Positions 39,255-50,613 are shown, counted from the stretch's first letter. The stretch is DNA of 64,000 nucleotides from an uncultured Oscillospiraceae bacterium (GCA_944387225.1 CALXDY010000102.1:778-64777); one strand, 5' to 3'. The notes: generated by a model not told the origin, from the letters alone. Numbers and translations are program-made.

Positions 39255-40430
39255 ATGAGACATGATCCCGGCCCCTGGCAGTGGCCCAAGGTGATCCGAA
39301 GGGGCGTGGGCCTAGGCCTGGCATTTGTAGCGGTATGGGGCATGGCGCTGACCGCCGACACCGGCGCGGTATCCGCCGCGTTTACCCAGTGGATGGATCA
39401 GCCGGCCCAGGTGGTTGGGCTGCTGGCAAACCAGATGGGGCAGCCACCCCAGGCCCAATCCCCGGCCAGCCTGGACGGCTGGGGGCAGCTTCTGGTGGGC
39501 CAGTCCGCCCTGCTGTCCGCCGCTCGGGAGGAAATTGAACGTCTTTCCCGCCAGGAGGAAGATGAGGAACAGCCCGCCCCCCTGGAGCAGGACGACGATG
39601 ACGAAAGCAAGCCCTCCCTCCAGCCACCGGAGGAGCTGGACGACGTCATCGAAATGACGGGGGTTGGACAAAACGGAAGTCAGTACCTCCATCGGGATCA
39701 GGTATATCTCTACAACCGCACGGGGAAAAGCCTGACAGACGCTGTTTTTGATCAGGGAGAAGTAAACCTCTCCCAACAGGATGGGCCCCAGATTTTAATT
39801 CTGCACTCCCACGGCAGCGAGGCCTACTCCCAGAATGACGGCAACCTATACCAGGAGACGGACCCCTTCCGCACCACCGACTGCACCAAAAATGTGGTGC
39901 GGGTAGGAGAAGAAATTGCCCAGGTGTTCCGCTCCTACGGGCTGCAGGTACTGCATGACACCAATGTGTACGACTATCCCTCCTACAATGAAGCCTACAC
40001 CCGCTCCAAACAGGCGGTGGAGGACTGGCTGGCCAAATATCCCTCCATCCAGGTGATTCTGGACGTCCACCGGGATGCTCTGGTGGGGACGGACGGCTCC
40101 ATTTACAAGCTGATCACCGAGGAAGAGGGGCAAAAAGTGGCCCAGGTCATGCTGGTGGTGGGAACAGACGACGGCGGCGCCGACCATCCCAACTGGGATG
40201 ACAATCTGGCCCTTGGCCTGACGCTGCAGAAGGCACTGACGGAGGATTACAATGCCCTGGCCCGCCCCCTGGTGCTTCGCAGCAGCAGCTATAACCAACA
40301 GCTTTCCCCCGGATTCCTTCTGCTGGAGGTAGGCGGTCACGGCAACACCCTGACCGAGGCGGTGGCCGGAGCCAGAATGTTTGCCGATACAGCTGCCCAG
40401 ACCCTGCTTGGACTGATGAGCGGAAAATAA
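39255..40430 (+). CDS. spoIIP: Stage II sporulation protein P
   Basis: ILILHSHGSEAY, V.RVGE, Y.RS, LDVHRDA, YNQQL....LLLEVG..GNT. Confidence 0.9.
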   Translation: MRHDPGPWQWPKVIRRGVGLGLAFVAVWGMALTADTGAVSAAFTQWMDQPAQVVGLLANQMGQPPQAQSPASLDGWGQLLVGQSALLSAAREEIERLSRQEEDEEQPAPLEQDDDDESKPSLQPPEELDDVIEMTGVGQNGSQYLHRDQVYLYNRTGKSLTDAVFDQGEVNLSQQDGPQILILHSHGSEAYSQNDGNLYQETDPFRTTDCTKNVVRVGEEIAQVFRSYGLQVLHDTNVYDYPSYNEAYTRSKQAVEDWLAKYPSIQVILDVHRDALVGTDGSIYKLITEEEGQKVAQVMLVVGTDDGGADHPNWDDNLALGLTLQKALTEDYNALARPLVLRSSSYNQQLSPGFLLLEVGGHGNTLTEAVAGARMFADTAAQTLLGLMSGK

Positions 40431-40472
40431 AACAGGTGCCCCGCTGCCATATGGCAGCGGGGCACCTGTTTT
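40429..40472. terminator. Bidirectional terminator
   Basis: AAAACAGGTGCCCCGCTGCC-ATAT-GGCAGCGGGGCACCTGTTTT. Confidence 0.85.
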
Positions 40473-40475
40473 GAT

Positions 40476-41249
40476 TCAAAGCACAAGGTCATAGACCAGC
40501 CGGATCACCAGGATGGCCAGCACCACGAAAAACATAGGCCGGATGATCTTGGCGCCCTTTTTCAGCGCCAGCCCGGAGCCAAGGTAGCCCCCGGCGATTC
40601 CGCACAGTCCCGCGGGAATGCCAACCGCCCATACCACCTGTCCCGCCATGGCGAAGGTGACCAGGGACGCGATGTTGGAGGCGGAGTTTGCCACCTTGGT
40701 ATTTCCGGAGGCCGTCAACAGATCATACTTGCACAGACCGGTGTAAGCCAGCATCAGCAGCGTACCCGCCCCCGGGCCGAAGAATCCGTCATAGGCACCG
40801 ATGACCAGGCCGATCCCGGCAGACAGGAACATCAGCGTGGGCTTTCCCAACTCATCCGCGTGATTTTCCTGGCCAAATTCCCGCTTAAACAGAAGGAACA
40901 CCGCCATCAAGGGCACGAACACCAGCATCACATAGTAAAGCACTCGCTCCGGCAGGATCAGGTTCAGCTTTACCCCGATCCAGGCCCCTACCAGCGCCGC
41001 GGCGCCGCCGCACAGAGCATTGGGAAGATCTACATTCCCCCGGCGGAGAAAGCGGGCTGTAGCCAGCAGCGTTCCCCACACGTTTCCGCACTTGTTGGTG
41101 GCGGAGGCCGCATGGGGCGGCATACCAGCCAGCAGGTAGGCGGGCAGTGTAATCAACCCTCCGCCGCCGGCCACCGCGTCAATCAGCCCGCCAAGGAATA
41201 CCAGGGGGCACACAATGATCCAAATGTGAATCAGAGATTCCCAATCCAT
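40476..41249 (-). CDS. TauE/SafE (TSUP) family transporter
   Basis: G.IDAVAGGGGLITLP, ATNK, YDGFFGPGAG. Confidence 0.9.
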   Translation of the reverse strand: MDWESLIHIWIIVCPLVFLGGLIDAVAGGGGLITLPAYLLAGMPPHAASATNKCGNVWGTLLATARFLRRGNVDLPNALCGGAAALVGAWIGVKLNLILPERVLYYVMLVFVPLMAVFLLFKREFGQENHADELGKPTLMFLSAGIGLVIGAYDGFFGPGAGTLLMLAYTGLCKYDLLTASGNTKVANSASNIASLVTFAMAGQVVWAVGIPAGLCGIAGGYLGSGLALKKGAKIIRPMFFVVLAILVIRLVYDLVL

Positions 41250-41491
41250 ATCCGATCCTCCTCCCCCGGATGGAAGATAAAAACAGCCGCCTGGCACATT
41301 GGCGGCGAAAAAAGGGGGTTCGGCACCTATTTTATCATATCGACACACAAAATGCTATCCTCTTATTTATACAAAATCCGGCGGCAAGTCTCGTCAGAGG
41401 ATTCTACGGAAAATCCCTTGACGGGGTGGGTTTTCCTGCGTAAAATAAGGAAATAGTTTGATTGATTTAGACAGAAAAAAGGGGTGACGTC

Positions 41492-42979
41492 ATGGGCAGA
41501 CAAGGCTTTGACAACCAGAAATACCTCAGCCTTCAATCCCAGCATATTCAAGAACGCATCGCCCAGTTCGGCGGAAAGCTGTACCTGGAGTTTGGCGGAA
41601 AGCTGTTTGACGATTTTCACGCCAGCCGGGTGCTGCCCGGCTTCGAGCCGGACAGCAAGATCCGCATGCTGGCCCAGATGAAGGATAAGGCGGAGATTAT
41701 CATCGCCATCAACGCCTCCGACATTGAGAAAAACAAGGTGCGGGGCGATTTGGGCATCACATACGACAGCGATGTGCTGCGTCTGATCGACGCCTTCCGG
41801 TCCATGGACCTGTTTGTGGGCAGCGTAGTAGTGACCCAGTACGCCGGGCAGCCCGCCGCCGACCTGTTCCAGCAGCGGCTGGAGACCCTGGGTGTACGGG
41901 TATACCGTCACTACCCCATCGCGGGCTATCCCCACAACATCACCCACATCGTCTCCGACGAGGGATATGGCAAGAACGACTACATTGAAACCAGCCGTCC
42001 CCTGGTGGTCGTCACCGCCCCCGGTCCCGGCAGCGGCAAGATGGCCACCTGCCTCAGCCAGCTCTATCATGAGCACAAGCGGAGCATTACCGCGGGCTAT
42101 GCCAAGTTTGAGACCTTCCCCATCTGGAACCTGCCCCTGAAACACCCGGTCAACCTGGCCTACGAAGCGGCCACCGCTGACCTGGACGACGTGAACATGA
42201 TCGACCCCTTCCATCTCCAGGCCTACGGCGAAACCACCGTCAACTATAACCGGGACGTAGAGGTCTTCCCTGTGCTGTCCGCCATGTTCCAGCAGATTCT
42301 GGGCTCCTGTCCCTATAAATCCCCCACGGACATGGGCGTAAACATGGCCGGCAAGTGCATTTATGACGATGAGGCCGTTCAGGACGCCGCCAAGCAGGAG
42401 ATCGTCCGCCGGTACTACGACGCCTTGTGCGAGCGCCGCCAGGGCAAGGGCTCTGAGCATGCGGTGTACAAGCTGGAGCTTCTGATGCAGCAGGCCGGTG
42501 TGTCCAGCCAGATCCGGCCTGTGGTGGCCGCCGCCAATGAGACGGCGGAGCTGACCGGCGAGCCGGCTATGGCCATTCAGCTTGACGATGGTCAGATCGT
42601 GCTGGGCAAAACCTCTGAACTTATGGGCTGCTCCGCCGCTGCCCTGCTCAACGCCCTGAAGGCTCAGGCTAAGCTGGGCGGCCACGGCGTGCATCTGATC
42701 GCCCAATCGGCCATTGAGCCCATCCAGACGGTAAAGGTAAAGCATCTGGGTTCCAACAATCCCCGGCTGCACAGTGATGAGGTGCTGATTGCCCTGGCAT
42801 CCTCCGCCAACGCCGATGAGAAGGCGGCCAAGGCCCTCAGCTGCCTGTCCGCGCTCCGGGGCTGTCAGGCCCACTCCTCCGTGATCCTGTCCCCCGCGGA
42901 CGAGGTCACATACCGAAAGCTGGGCATTCAGCTGACCTGCGAGCCCCAGTACCAGACCAATAACCTCTACCACCGGTGA
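41492..42979 (+). CDS. DUF1846 (UPF0371) P-loop protein
   Basis: [61 protein letters not shown]. Confidence 0.92.
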   Translation: MGRQGFDNQKYLSLQSQHIQERIAQFGGKLYLEFGGKLFDDFHASRVLPGFEPDSKIRMLAQMKDKAEIIIAINASDIEKNKVRGDLGITYDSDVLRLIDAFRSMDLFVGSVVVTQYAGQPAADLFQQRLETLGVRVYRHYPIAGYPHNITHIVSDEGYGKNDYIETSRPLVVVTAPGPGSGKMATCLSQLYHEHKRSITAGYAKFETFPIWNLPLKHPVNLAYEAATADLDDVNMIDPFHLQAYGETTVNYNRDVEVFPVLSAMFQQILGSCPYKSPTDMGVNMAGKCIYDDEAVQDAAKQEIVRRYYDALCERRQGKGSEHAVYKLELLMQQAGVSSQIRPVVAAANETAELTGEPAMAIQLDDGQIVLGKTSELMGCSAAALLNALKAQAKLGGHGVHLIAQSAIEPIQTVKVKHLGSNNPRLHSDEVLIALASSANADEKAAKALSCLSALRGCQAHSSVILSPADEVTYRKLGIQLTCEPQYQTNNLYHR

Positions 42980-42989
42980 GGATGGAGCC

Positions 42990-44519
42990 GTGAACGGAAA
43001 GCGCCTGGGCACGGCCGTGCTGATGGCCGCCGTCCTCCTGTTTGACCTGGCGATTGCCTGGGCGGTGCCCTACAGCGCCACGGATGACTTTCTCTGGGGT
43101 ATGGAAGAGGGCCTGCACTGGTGGCTGGACGGCACTCTGAACGGACGGTACGCCGGCAATTTTCTGGCGGTTGTCCTGTGCCGCTCTGTGCTTGCCAAGA
43201 CGGTGTTTATGGGCGGTGTTATGTTTGCCCTCCCTCTGGCCATGGCTGTTTTGGCTGCGGGAGACCGGAAGGAGCGTATTCCCGCCCTGTTCGCCCTCTC
43301 CCATCTTGGCCTTTTATGGATGCCGGCGGTCGTCTGGCAGGAAACCTACGGCTGGGTATCGGGATTTGGAAACTATGTGGCCCCCACACTGTTATTTCTC
43401 TGCTGGCTGCTGCTGATCCGGCGTTTGGCCGCGCAGTCTTCTCCCCGAATACTGTGGGCTGTTCCAGTGGGCCTTTTGTCCCTGTGCATGGGGCTGTTTG
43501 TGGAAAATCTGGCTCTGCTGTTTCTGTTGGCAGCACTGGCACTGGCCGTGTGGTTTGCCCGGACGCCGGGTCTGCGGTTCATTTTGCTGGCCGCTGCTGC
43601 GGGCGCGCTGGCTGCCGCCGCCGTCATTTATTCCAGCGGTACGGTGGACGAGCTGACGGAAACCGGCACGGCCATCAATGGCCTGCGTGAGCTTACCTTC
43701 TCCCTGGCGGACGGACTCCCCGCCGCCATTTGGGATATTTTTTCCTGGTATGTGGGCCGTCTGCTGCCCATCGCCTTCCTGCGGGGACTGCATTTTGCCG
43801 TTCCCATGGCGGTGATTACCGCCATGGCCTTTTGGCACAGCTCTCTGCGCCCCCTGTCTGTCCTGGGCCTGATTCCCCTGGGCTGTGGATTGTATATCTA
43901 CATCACGGAGGAATTTCTTACGCCCCTGCTGGCTGCCCTCAGCCTTCTGTCCTGGTGCCTGCCTGCCGTGGCTCTGCTTGTCCGACGGGGCAGCTTCCAT
44001 ACCCGCCTTGCCCAGACGGCGCTGTACCTGACAGCTCCCCTGTCCCTGGCTCCTATGGCTGCGGTAACCACCCTGGGCCAGCGACTGTACTTCTTCCCCA
44101 TGGTCATGGTGCTCCTCTGCGCCGTGGTTCAGCTGGCCCCTCTTCTGGAGCGTCAAGTGGCGGCAAGGATCGTTTCACTGTGCCTGCTGGCTGCCATGGT
44201 TGTGTGGGGTTGGCGGTATTGGACGGTAGCCGGATGCACTCTGCTTCGCGCCGAGTTGATTCATCAGTATACGGCAGACAGCACGGAGCCCCTGATTTTA
44301 CCCACTGACCGGTATGAACGGGTGGTTTGGCAGACCAGAAACCCCTGGAATCAGGAGTACGGTGTGTACTACCGCCGCTTCTACCACCTGGATCCACAAA
44401 TTACCCTGGTGTTTCTGCCCGCCGGCTCCTATGAGGCGTGGCCGGAAAGCCGCCTAACCTGGCAGGAAGATGGGGTCCTTCTGGCCCCGACGGACGACTT
44501 TGCTCCGTCCCTGCCCTGA
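42990..44519 (+). CDS. Multi-pass membrane protein, DUF6056/GT-C-like
   Basis: TDDF.W, NGRY.GN, W.SG..NY, many TM helices. Confidence 0.65.
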   Translation: MNGKRLGTAVLMAAVLLFDLAIAWAVPYSATDDFLWGMEEGLHWWLDGTLNGRYAGNFLAVVLCRSVLAKTVFMGGVMFALPLAMAVLAAGDRKERIPALFALSHLGLLWMPAVVWQETYGWVSGFGNYVAPTLLFLCWLLLIRRLAAQSSPRILWAVPVGLLSLCMGLFVENLALLFLLAALALAVWFARTPGLRFILLAAAAGALAAAAVIYSSGTVDELTETGTAINGLRELTFSLADGLPAAIWDIFSWYVGRLLPIAFLRGLHFAVPMAVITAMAFWHSSLRPLSVLGLIPLGCGLYIYITEEFLTPLLAALSLLSWCLPAVALLVRRGSFHTRLAQTALYLTAPLSLAPMAAVTTLGQRLYFFPMVMVLLCAVVQLAPLLERQVAARIVSLCLLAAMVVWGWRYWTVAGCTLLRAELIHQYTADSTEPLILPTDRYERVVWQTRNPWNQEYGVYYRRFYHLDPQITLVFLPAGSYEAWPESRLTWQEDGVLLAPTDDFAPSLP

Positions 44520-44633
44520 AAACTGATGTGATTGCGCAACGAGGCGCTCCTGGGAGAGAGTTCTCCCAGGGGCGCCTGTCTCATTTTTTTCAGTAATTTA
44601 GCCATACTGGCTATATAATGGAGGGATTTCATC

Positions 44634-46244
44634 ATGCAAACCAAATTTATCTTTGTCACCGGTGGTGTGGTGTCCGGCCTGGGCAAAGGCATCGCCGCCG
44701 CCTCCCTGGGACGCCTGCTGAAGCAGCGAGGCCTGCGGGTTAAGGTACAGAAGCTGGACCCTTACCTGAACGTAGATCCCGGCACCATGAGCCCCTACCA
44801 GCACGGGGAGGTGTTTGTCACCGACGACGGCGCTGAGACAGACCTGGACCTGGGCCACTATGAACGGTTCATTGACGAAAACCTTACCGGCTCCTCTTCC
44901 GTATCCTCCGGACGCATTTACTGGAACGTTCTGAATCGGGAACGGCAGGGCGATTATCTGGGGGGCACCGTTCAGATTATTCCTCATATCACCAACGAAA
45001 TCAAATCCCACATCTATGCCCTGGAGGGGCCGGACACCGACGTGGCCATTGTGGAGATTGGCGGTACGGTGGGCGACATTGAAAGCCAGCCCTTTTTGGA
45101 GTCCATCCGTCAGGTGGCAGCGGAAAAGGGCCGCCAAAATGTCATGTTTATCCACGTCTCCCTCATTGTTTCCATCCCCGGCAGCGGTGAGCTGAAAAGC
45201 AAGCCCACTCAGCACTCTGCCAAGGAGCTTCTGTCCCTGGGCATCCAGCCCGATGTGATCCTCTGCCGCAGCGACGCGCCGGTTTCCCGGGAGATTCTGG
45301 AGAAAATTTCCCTGTTCTGCAACATTCCCGTGGAAAATGCCATTCCCAACCTCACGGCTCAGAGTTTGTACGAGGTGCCCCTCATGCTGGAACGAGAGGG
45401 CCTGGGGGATGTGACGGTGCGCCGGCTGGGTCTGATCTGCCCCAGCCCTGATCTCACCGAGTGGGCCAACATGGTGCAGCGGGCCAAGAACCCCACCGGA
45501 CAGGTGGAAATTGCCATTGTGGGCAAGTATGTAGCCCTGCACGACGCCTATCTGTCGGTTGTGGAGGCCCTTACCCACGGCGGCATTGAGAACCAGGTAA
45601 AGGTGGCCATCCGTTGGGTGGACTCCCAGCAGGTGACCGACCAAAACGCGGCGGAAATATTGGCCGGGGTTCACGGCATTCTGGTTCCCGGCGGCTTCGG
45701 CGACCGGGGCATTGAAGGAATGATTTCCGCCGTACACTACGCCAGAGAGCACCAGATTCCCTTCCTGGGTATCTGCCTGGGGATGCAGATGGCGGTGATC
45801 GAGACGGCCCGCCATCTGTGCGGCATGGCCGACGCCCAGTCCGGAGAATTCCTCCCCGGCGGCCCCCACCCCGTGATCGACCTGATGCCCGACCAGGTGG
45901 GCATTACCGCCAAGGGCGGCACCATGAGGCTGGGCAGCTACCCCTGCCGGATCACCAGCCGGGACACCCACGCCTACCAGGCCTATGGCTCCGATGAGAT
46001 CCAGGAGCGGCACCGCCACCGCTATGAGTTCAACAACGCCTTCCGCGACGCGCTGGAGGCAGGTGGGCTGTTGCTGTCCGGCCTGTCCCCCGACGGTCGT
46101 CTGGTGGAAATGGTGGAGCGCCGGGATCACCCCTGGTTCGTGGGCGTGCAGTTCCACCCGGAGCTGAAAAGCCGCCCCAATAAAGCCCATCCCCTGTTTC
46201 GTGAGCTCGTCCATGCAGCTTTGGAATACAGTCAAACCCGATAA
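44634..46244 (+). CDS. pyrG: CTP synthase
   Basis: [53 protein letters not shown]. Confidence 0.98.
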   Translation: MQTKFIFVTGGVVSGLGKGIAAASLGRLLKQRGLRVKVQKLDPYLNVDPGTMSPYQHGEVFVTDDGAETDLDLGHYERFIDENLTGSSSVSSGRIYWNVLNRERQGDYLGGTVQIIPHITNEIKSHIYALEGPDTDVAIVEIGGTVGDIESQPFLESIRQVAAEKGRQNVMFIHVSLIVSIPGSGELKSKPTQHSAKELLSLGIQPDVILCRSDAPVSREILEKISLFCNIPVENAIPNLTAQSLYEVPLMLEREGLGDVTVRRLGLICPSPDLTEWANMVQRAKNPTGQVEIAIVGKYVALHDAYLSVVEALTHGGIENQVKVAIRWVDSQQVTDQNAAEILAGVHGILVPGGFGDRGIEGMISAVHYAREHQIPFLGICLGMQMAVIETARHLCGMADAQSGEFLPGGPHPVIDLMPDQVGITAKGGTMRLGSYPCRITSRDTHAYQAYGSDEIQERHRHRYEFNNAFRDALEAGGLLLSGLSPDGRLVEMVERRDHPWFVGVQFHPELKSRPNKAHPLFRELVHAALEYSQTR

Positions 46245-46257
46245 CCCAACTTTCCTA

Positions 46258-46336
46258 AGCGGCGTCCCATTAGGGACGCCGCTTCTCTCTTTCCAGACAA
46301 AAAAATCCCCCGGCGGTATTCCGCCGAGGGATTTTT
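46258..46336. terminator. Two terminator hairpins between convergent genes
   Basis: AAGCGGCGTCCC-ATTA-GGGACGCCGCTT and AAAAATCCCCCGGCGG-TATT-CCGCCGAGGGATTTTT. Confidence 0.75.
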
Positions 46337-46346
46337 CAATCCGATC

Positions 46347-47846
46347 TTACTTGGAAGCCTTGTCAGCCTCGATGCGCTTGGCATTGATGCTCTTCCACAG
46401 AGCCACGTCAACACCCTTCCAGGAGATCTTGTCGGGATCGTAGTAGGGATCCTTGCCGGCCTTAACCTGCGCCACATAGTCGTTGTACAGAACAACGCAC
46501 TTGGGGAACAGGCCGATGACCACGATCATGTTGATGAAGGTGATGCTGCCCAGAGCCAGGTCGGACAGGTTCCAAGCCATGGAAGCCTCGATAATGCCGA
46601 ACAGGAAGATCAGCACAGGCATACCAAACTGCAGGATGCGGGTGACAACCTTACGGATGCCAGCCTGCTCGGGCTTCTGGAACAGGTAGGTGGAAGCGGT
46701 CTCAGCCTCGTAGTAGTAGCTGATCAGGCAGGTGAAGGAGAACAGGAACAGCATGATGGCGATGAACAGCTCAGCAAAGCCGCCCATGATGGTACGGGTA
46801 GCATACTGCACGAACAGCACGCCGCCGCCCTCGCCGGCAGCAGCCATCTCGGCCAGCTCGGGAGCGCCGGAACCCACATAACCGAAGTCAGTGTTGAAGC
46901 AGTCGGTCATCAGGATCAGCAGGCCGGAGCAGGTGCAGACGATAACGGTGTCCAGCCACACGCCAGCGGCATTGGCCAGGCCGACCTTCACGGGGTGGCT
47001 GGTCTCAGCAGCGGCAGCAGTGGGGGTGGACTCGCCCATGCCGGAAGCGGAGGAGAAGGTACCTCTCTTGAAGCCCTGCTGGATGGCGATACCGATACCG
47101 CCGCCGATGAGAGCCTCCTGGCCGAAGGCGTTCTTGACAACCATGGCGATCATGGCGGGAACCTCGGCGATGTTGATCACCACAACGGCGATGGTGACCA
47201 GGATGTAGATGGCGCACATCACAGGCACGATGGCGGAAGCCACGGCGGAGATACGCTTAATGCCGCCCAGAACGGTGATCAGCATGACCACGGCAACAAC
47301 GGCGGCCACAGCAGCCATGGGGATACCGGTGGCAGCGTTGAAGGCCTCGCAGATGGTGTAGGTGGCAGCGGCGGGCATGAAGGCGCCGATACCGATCAGG
47401 GAGATCGCAGCCAGGAACGCGCCGTAGGCCTTCCAGCCCAGGCCGCGCTCAGCGCAGTAGTAACCGCCGCCGCGATACTCGCCGTCCACGCGGATCTTAT
47501 ACAGAGAACCCAGAGTGGTCTCGGCAAAGCACACCGCGGAGTTGGTCATGCCGGCGCAGATCATCCAGAACAGAGCGCCAGGGCCGCCGGAGTAGATGGC
47601 CACGGCCACGCCGGCCACGTTACCGGTGCCGACACGCATTGCCATGGTGGTACAGAAGGAAGCGAAGGAAGAAACGCCGGACTCAGAATCACCAGAGTCC
47701 AGGATCCGCTTCCACATGTCCGTGAACCGGACGAACTGGAAGCCTCTCAGAGCCAAGGTGAAGCAAACGCCGGAGCCGATGATGACTACCAGCATGGGCA
47801 GGCCCCAAAGGAAACCGTTCGCCCAATTGACGAAATCTGCCAACAT
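46347..47846 (-). CDS. Alanine/glycine:cation symporter (AGCS) family amino-acid transporter
   Basis: RVGTGNVAGVAVAI..GGPGALFWM, FAE.TL...Y, KRG.FSS..GMG, DTVIVCT; GAGGGG RBS. Confidence 0.92.
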   Translation of the reverse strand: MLADFVNWANGFLWGLPMLVVIIGSGVCFTLALRGFQFVRFTDMWKRILDSGDSESGVSSFASFCTTMAMRVGTGNVAGVAVAIYSGGPGALFWMICAGMTNSAVCFAETTLGSLYKIRVDGEYRGGGYYCAERGLGWKAYGAFLAAISLIGIGAFMPAAATYTICEAFNAATGIPMAAVAAVVAVVMLITVLGGIKRISAVASAIVPVMCAIYILVTIAVVVINIAEVPAMIAMVVKNAFGQEALIGGGIGIAIQQGFKRGTFSSASGMGESTPTAAAAETSHPVKVGLANAAGVWLDTVIVCTCSGLLILMTDCFNTDFGYVGSGAPELAEMAAAGEGGGVLFVQYATRTIMGGFAELFIAIMLFLFSFTCLISYYYEAETASTYLFQKPEQAGIRKVVTRILQFGMPVLIFLFGIIEASMAWNLSDLALGSITFINMIVVIGLFPKCVVLYNDYVAQVKAGKDPYYDPDKISWKGVDVALWKSINAKRIEADKASK

Positions 47847-48192
47847 ATGAATTTCCCCTCTCTTTTCATGATTGCTTTCATGATATTCCGTTCGCGGAGC
47901 CAAACAGGAGAATCGCGTCACCCGCCACGGGATATACGCATAAAAAAACAACCGATTGCAGGATCATGCACCTGAAACTTCATTACGCATTTCCCGCGGT
48001 TCTGGTTTCCCTCCTTCTCACTTTGGTTTAGGCAAAAGGTCTTGCCGCACTTTGCATAAGAGTCAGAAATTTGACGGTAGCTCTCCATGCACAGTAGACA
48101 AATCCCTTGACCATTCCTGTTGTCCCGCGAATTAGAATCTGTTCCGGTCATATCACCGATTTGCTAGTAGACCGGGGTACGAATTCATATGC

Positions 48193-48221
48193 ATTTTAAC
48201 AATTCATTCATATATTGTCAA
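48193..48221 (-). promoter_or_regulatory. sigma-A promoter of the symporter (leader ~340 nt)
   Basis: Minus strand TTGACA-17bp-TAAAAT with extended -10 TG. Confidence 0.7.
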
Positions 48222-48258
48222 GCCATACTTGTGAAAAACTTATTGCCGCACTGATTCA

Positions 48259-48696
48259 CTAGGAAATTATTATTGGGCAATTTGTTGTAATTTCGCCGCT
48301 TTGAAGCACTTTCAAGTAGATTACGCCCTGTTTGAGTGGACATAATTTTTTTTGCTGCAGAAGCTCGCATTGTGGGAAGCATTCCTTCCCCTGACCCGAT
48401 ATTTCCAGGACGGCTTCCCCGCAGGTCACCGTTTCTCCCGGCTGCAGGCAGGAGAAATCCAGCCCTTCTATCTCTATGTTTGCCTTGAATTTTTTATAAC
48501 AAAGTCCGCTGTCCGGATGGGTCCGCACCCATTCCGCTGCCGCCGCGTCCACGGCGGTCATCTGGGTCTCGCCTCCCTTGGCAAAGCGATCCCCCTCCAT
48601 GCCCAAGTGGGCAAGGCACATGGCCTTGCCCACTTCTTCTCCAGGCTGTCCCTTGGCGGGAAAGCGCATGAGTTTCGTAATTTTTCCTGTCATCAT
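48259..48696 (-). CDS. MOSC-domain protein
   Basis: G.EGD.FA, F.ANI..EG.D, GKECFPQC...CP, VLQSGEI. Confidence 0.8.
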   Translation of the reverse strand: MMTGKITKLMRFPAKGQPGEEVGKAMCLAHLGMEGDRFAKGGETQMTAVDAAAAEWVRTHPDSGLCYKKFKANIEIEGLDFSCLQPGETVTCGEAVLEISGQGKECFPQCELLQQKKLCPLKQGVIYLKVLQSGEITTNCPIIIS

Positions 48697-48699
48697 GGC

Positions 48700-50613
48700 T
48701 CACCCCTCGTCGATGTAGAGGATGGTTCCGGCCTGGGTGGTCTCATACCCGCCCAGAGCCTCCACCTTCTCCCGGAACAAGTCGCTTTTCAGGATGGAGA
48801 TAAAATTCTGCACATGCTCCAGCTCCAGATAGGCCACTGGGACGGCAAAATCATACTCCTCATTCCCCACGGGCAGAAAATCCAGGCCCAGGGCGTTGGC
48901 GGCAGACAGAATGCCCATACCCGCATCAGCGCTGTCCCCCTGGATGGCGGCGGCCACCGCCATGTGGGTGGCAGCCTCCCGGTCATAGCCCTTGATCTCC
49001 TCCGGTGCGATCCCCTGCTTTTTCAGCAGATAGTCCAGCAGCACCCGGGTACCGGCGCCCCGCTGGCGGTTGATATAGCTCACCCGGGTCAGGTCGCCGA
49101 TCCCCTGGATGTTCAGAGGATTGCCCTTTTTCACAAGGATTCCCTGGACCCGGTTGACCCCCTTGATGAGGGCCATAGGCTGGCGGAAGAGCTTTTTCAG
49201 GTAGGAAATGTTATAAATTCCCGTCTCCTCATCCAGCAGATGGGTGGGCGCAATATGGGCCTCTCCCCGCTTCAGCGCCATCAGGCCGCCCATGCTGCCC
49301 AGATGGGTACTGGACAGGAAGGTACCAGGGTACAGGGTAGGCATCAGATCAGCCATCACGTCCAGAATCAGGTCGTGACTGCCGATGGCCACCACCGTGC
49401 GGTCGATCTCCGCCAGATCCCGGTAGAGCTCTACCTCCACCGTCTGTCCGGCCTCCACACCCTCGCTGTTCTGGGGAATGACGCAGAAGCCGTCGGCCCG
49501 TACCAAGCTCATGGCCGCGCCCGCACCTCTGGCCAGAGGAGAGGCAACCAGCTTCTCCCCCACCTTGCCCACCTTGACCCGTACATACTCCCGGTGCTTC
49601 AGGGAGGACACCAGCCGCTTGGACACCACGGCATCCACCCGGCTGCCCTGACGGCTGCACTCGCCGTTCATCCGCTCCAACACCGGAATAACGAAATTCT
49701 CAAAGTTAATATAGGCGGACACAGGATAACCGGGCAGACCGATCACCGGCTTGCCCCTGACGATGGCCAGAATCACCGGTTTGCCCGGCTTAATGGCCAC
49801 GCCGTGAACCAGCACCTGGCCCAGCTCCCGGAGAATATGGACGGTAAAGTCCTCCGTCCCGGCGCTGGAGCCGGCATTGACAATGACCATGTCGAAGTCG
49901 TCCACCGCCTTGTCAATGGCCGCCTTCAGCTTCTCATAGTCGTCGGCGATGGGGGCAAAGCGGGTGGGCTCCCCCCCATGCTCGGTCACCATGGCCTGGA
50001 ACATGCGGGAGTTGGATTCAATAATGTCCCCTTCCTTGGGCTCCTGACCCGGCTCAATGATCTCCGTACCGGTAGGAAAAATTGCTACTCTGGGACGCTT
50101 CACCACCGGGATATGGGTGATGCCTCCCGCCAGGAGCACCCCCAGATCAATGGGACGGATCTTGTGGAAGGAGGGCAGGATCATCTCCCCCGCCACAATG
50201 TCCTCTCCAATGGGACGGACATGCTGCCAGGGGGCGGCGGGCTGGACGATGGACAGTGTGCCGTCTGGCAGCTCCGTCAGATCCTCCGCCATAATGACCG
50301 CGTCATAGGGGTGCTTGATGGGATCCCCCGTATCCACCACCAGAAAATCCCGCTCCGGGTGCAGAATCACCGGCGCGCCCTCCCTGGCTCCCCTGGTGAT
50401 CTCGCTGCACACAGCCACCCCATCCATAGCGGCGGCATTGTAAAGGGGAGAGCAGTATTTGGCAAATACCGCCCTGTGGGTGATCCGGTGAAGGCTCTCC
50501 GTCACCGGGATCTCCTCCTCCCGGGGCGTGATCAAATCCTTCAGCGCCTCCAAGTAGAGGGCTTGGGCTTCGTCCACCGGAGTATTGCTCAGATATAGAT
50601 TTCTCTTTGCCAT
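48700..50613 (-). CDS. moeA: MoeA fused to a periplasmic-binding (PBP/LysR-type) domain, tungsten-locus type
   Basis: AAMDGVAV, PTGTE, AGSSAG.ED, KPGKP, LPGYPVSA; C-terminal IGSHD, GSMGGL, INRQRGAGTR, TH.AVA. Confidence 0.9.
   Translation of the reverse strand: MAKRNLYLSNTPVDEAQALYLEALKDLITPREEEIPVTESLHRITHRAVFAKYCSPLYNAAAMDGVAVCSEITRGAREGAPVILHPERDFLVVDTGDPIKHPYDAVIMAEDLTELPDGTLSIVQPAAPWQHVRPIGEDIVAGEMILPSFHKIRPIDLGVLLAGGITHIPVVKRPRVAIFPTGTEIIEPGQEPKEGDIIESNSRMFQAMVTEHGGEPTRFAPIADDYEKLKAAIDKAVDDFDMVIVNAGSSAGTEDFTVHILRELGQVLVHGVAIKPGKPVILAIVRGKPVIGLPGYPVSAYINFENFVIPVLERMNGECSRQGSRVDAVVSKRLVSSLKHREYVRVKVGKVGEKLVASPLARGAGAAMSLVRADGFCVIPQNSEGVEAGQTVEVELYRDLAEIDRTVVAIGSHDLILDVMADLMPTLYPGTFLSSTHLGSMGGLMALKRGEAHIAPTHLLDEETGIYNISYLKKLFRQPMALIKGVNRVQGILVKKGNPLNIQGIGDLTRVSYINRQRGAGTRVLLDYLLKKQGIAPEEIKGYDREAATHMAVAAAIQGDSADAGMGILSAANALGLDFLPVGNEEYDFAVPVAYLELEHVQNFISILKSDLFREKVEALGGYETTQAGTILYIDEG

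Noticed and set aside
47950-48100. Glycine riboswitch, T-box or c-di-GMP-I riboswitch before the symporter
   Set aside because: Only fragments match; the core elements (CCGAAG/CUCAGG pair, GGUGGnACC, GGCAAAC..GAAA) are missing, so no family is called.
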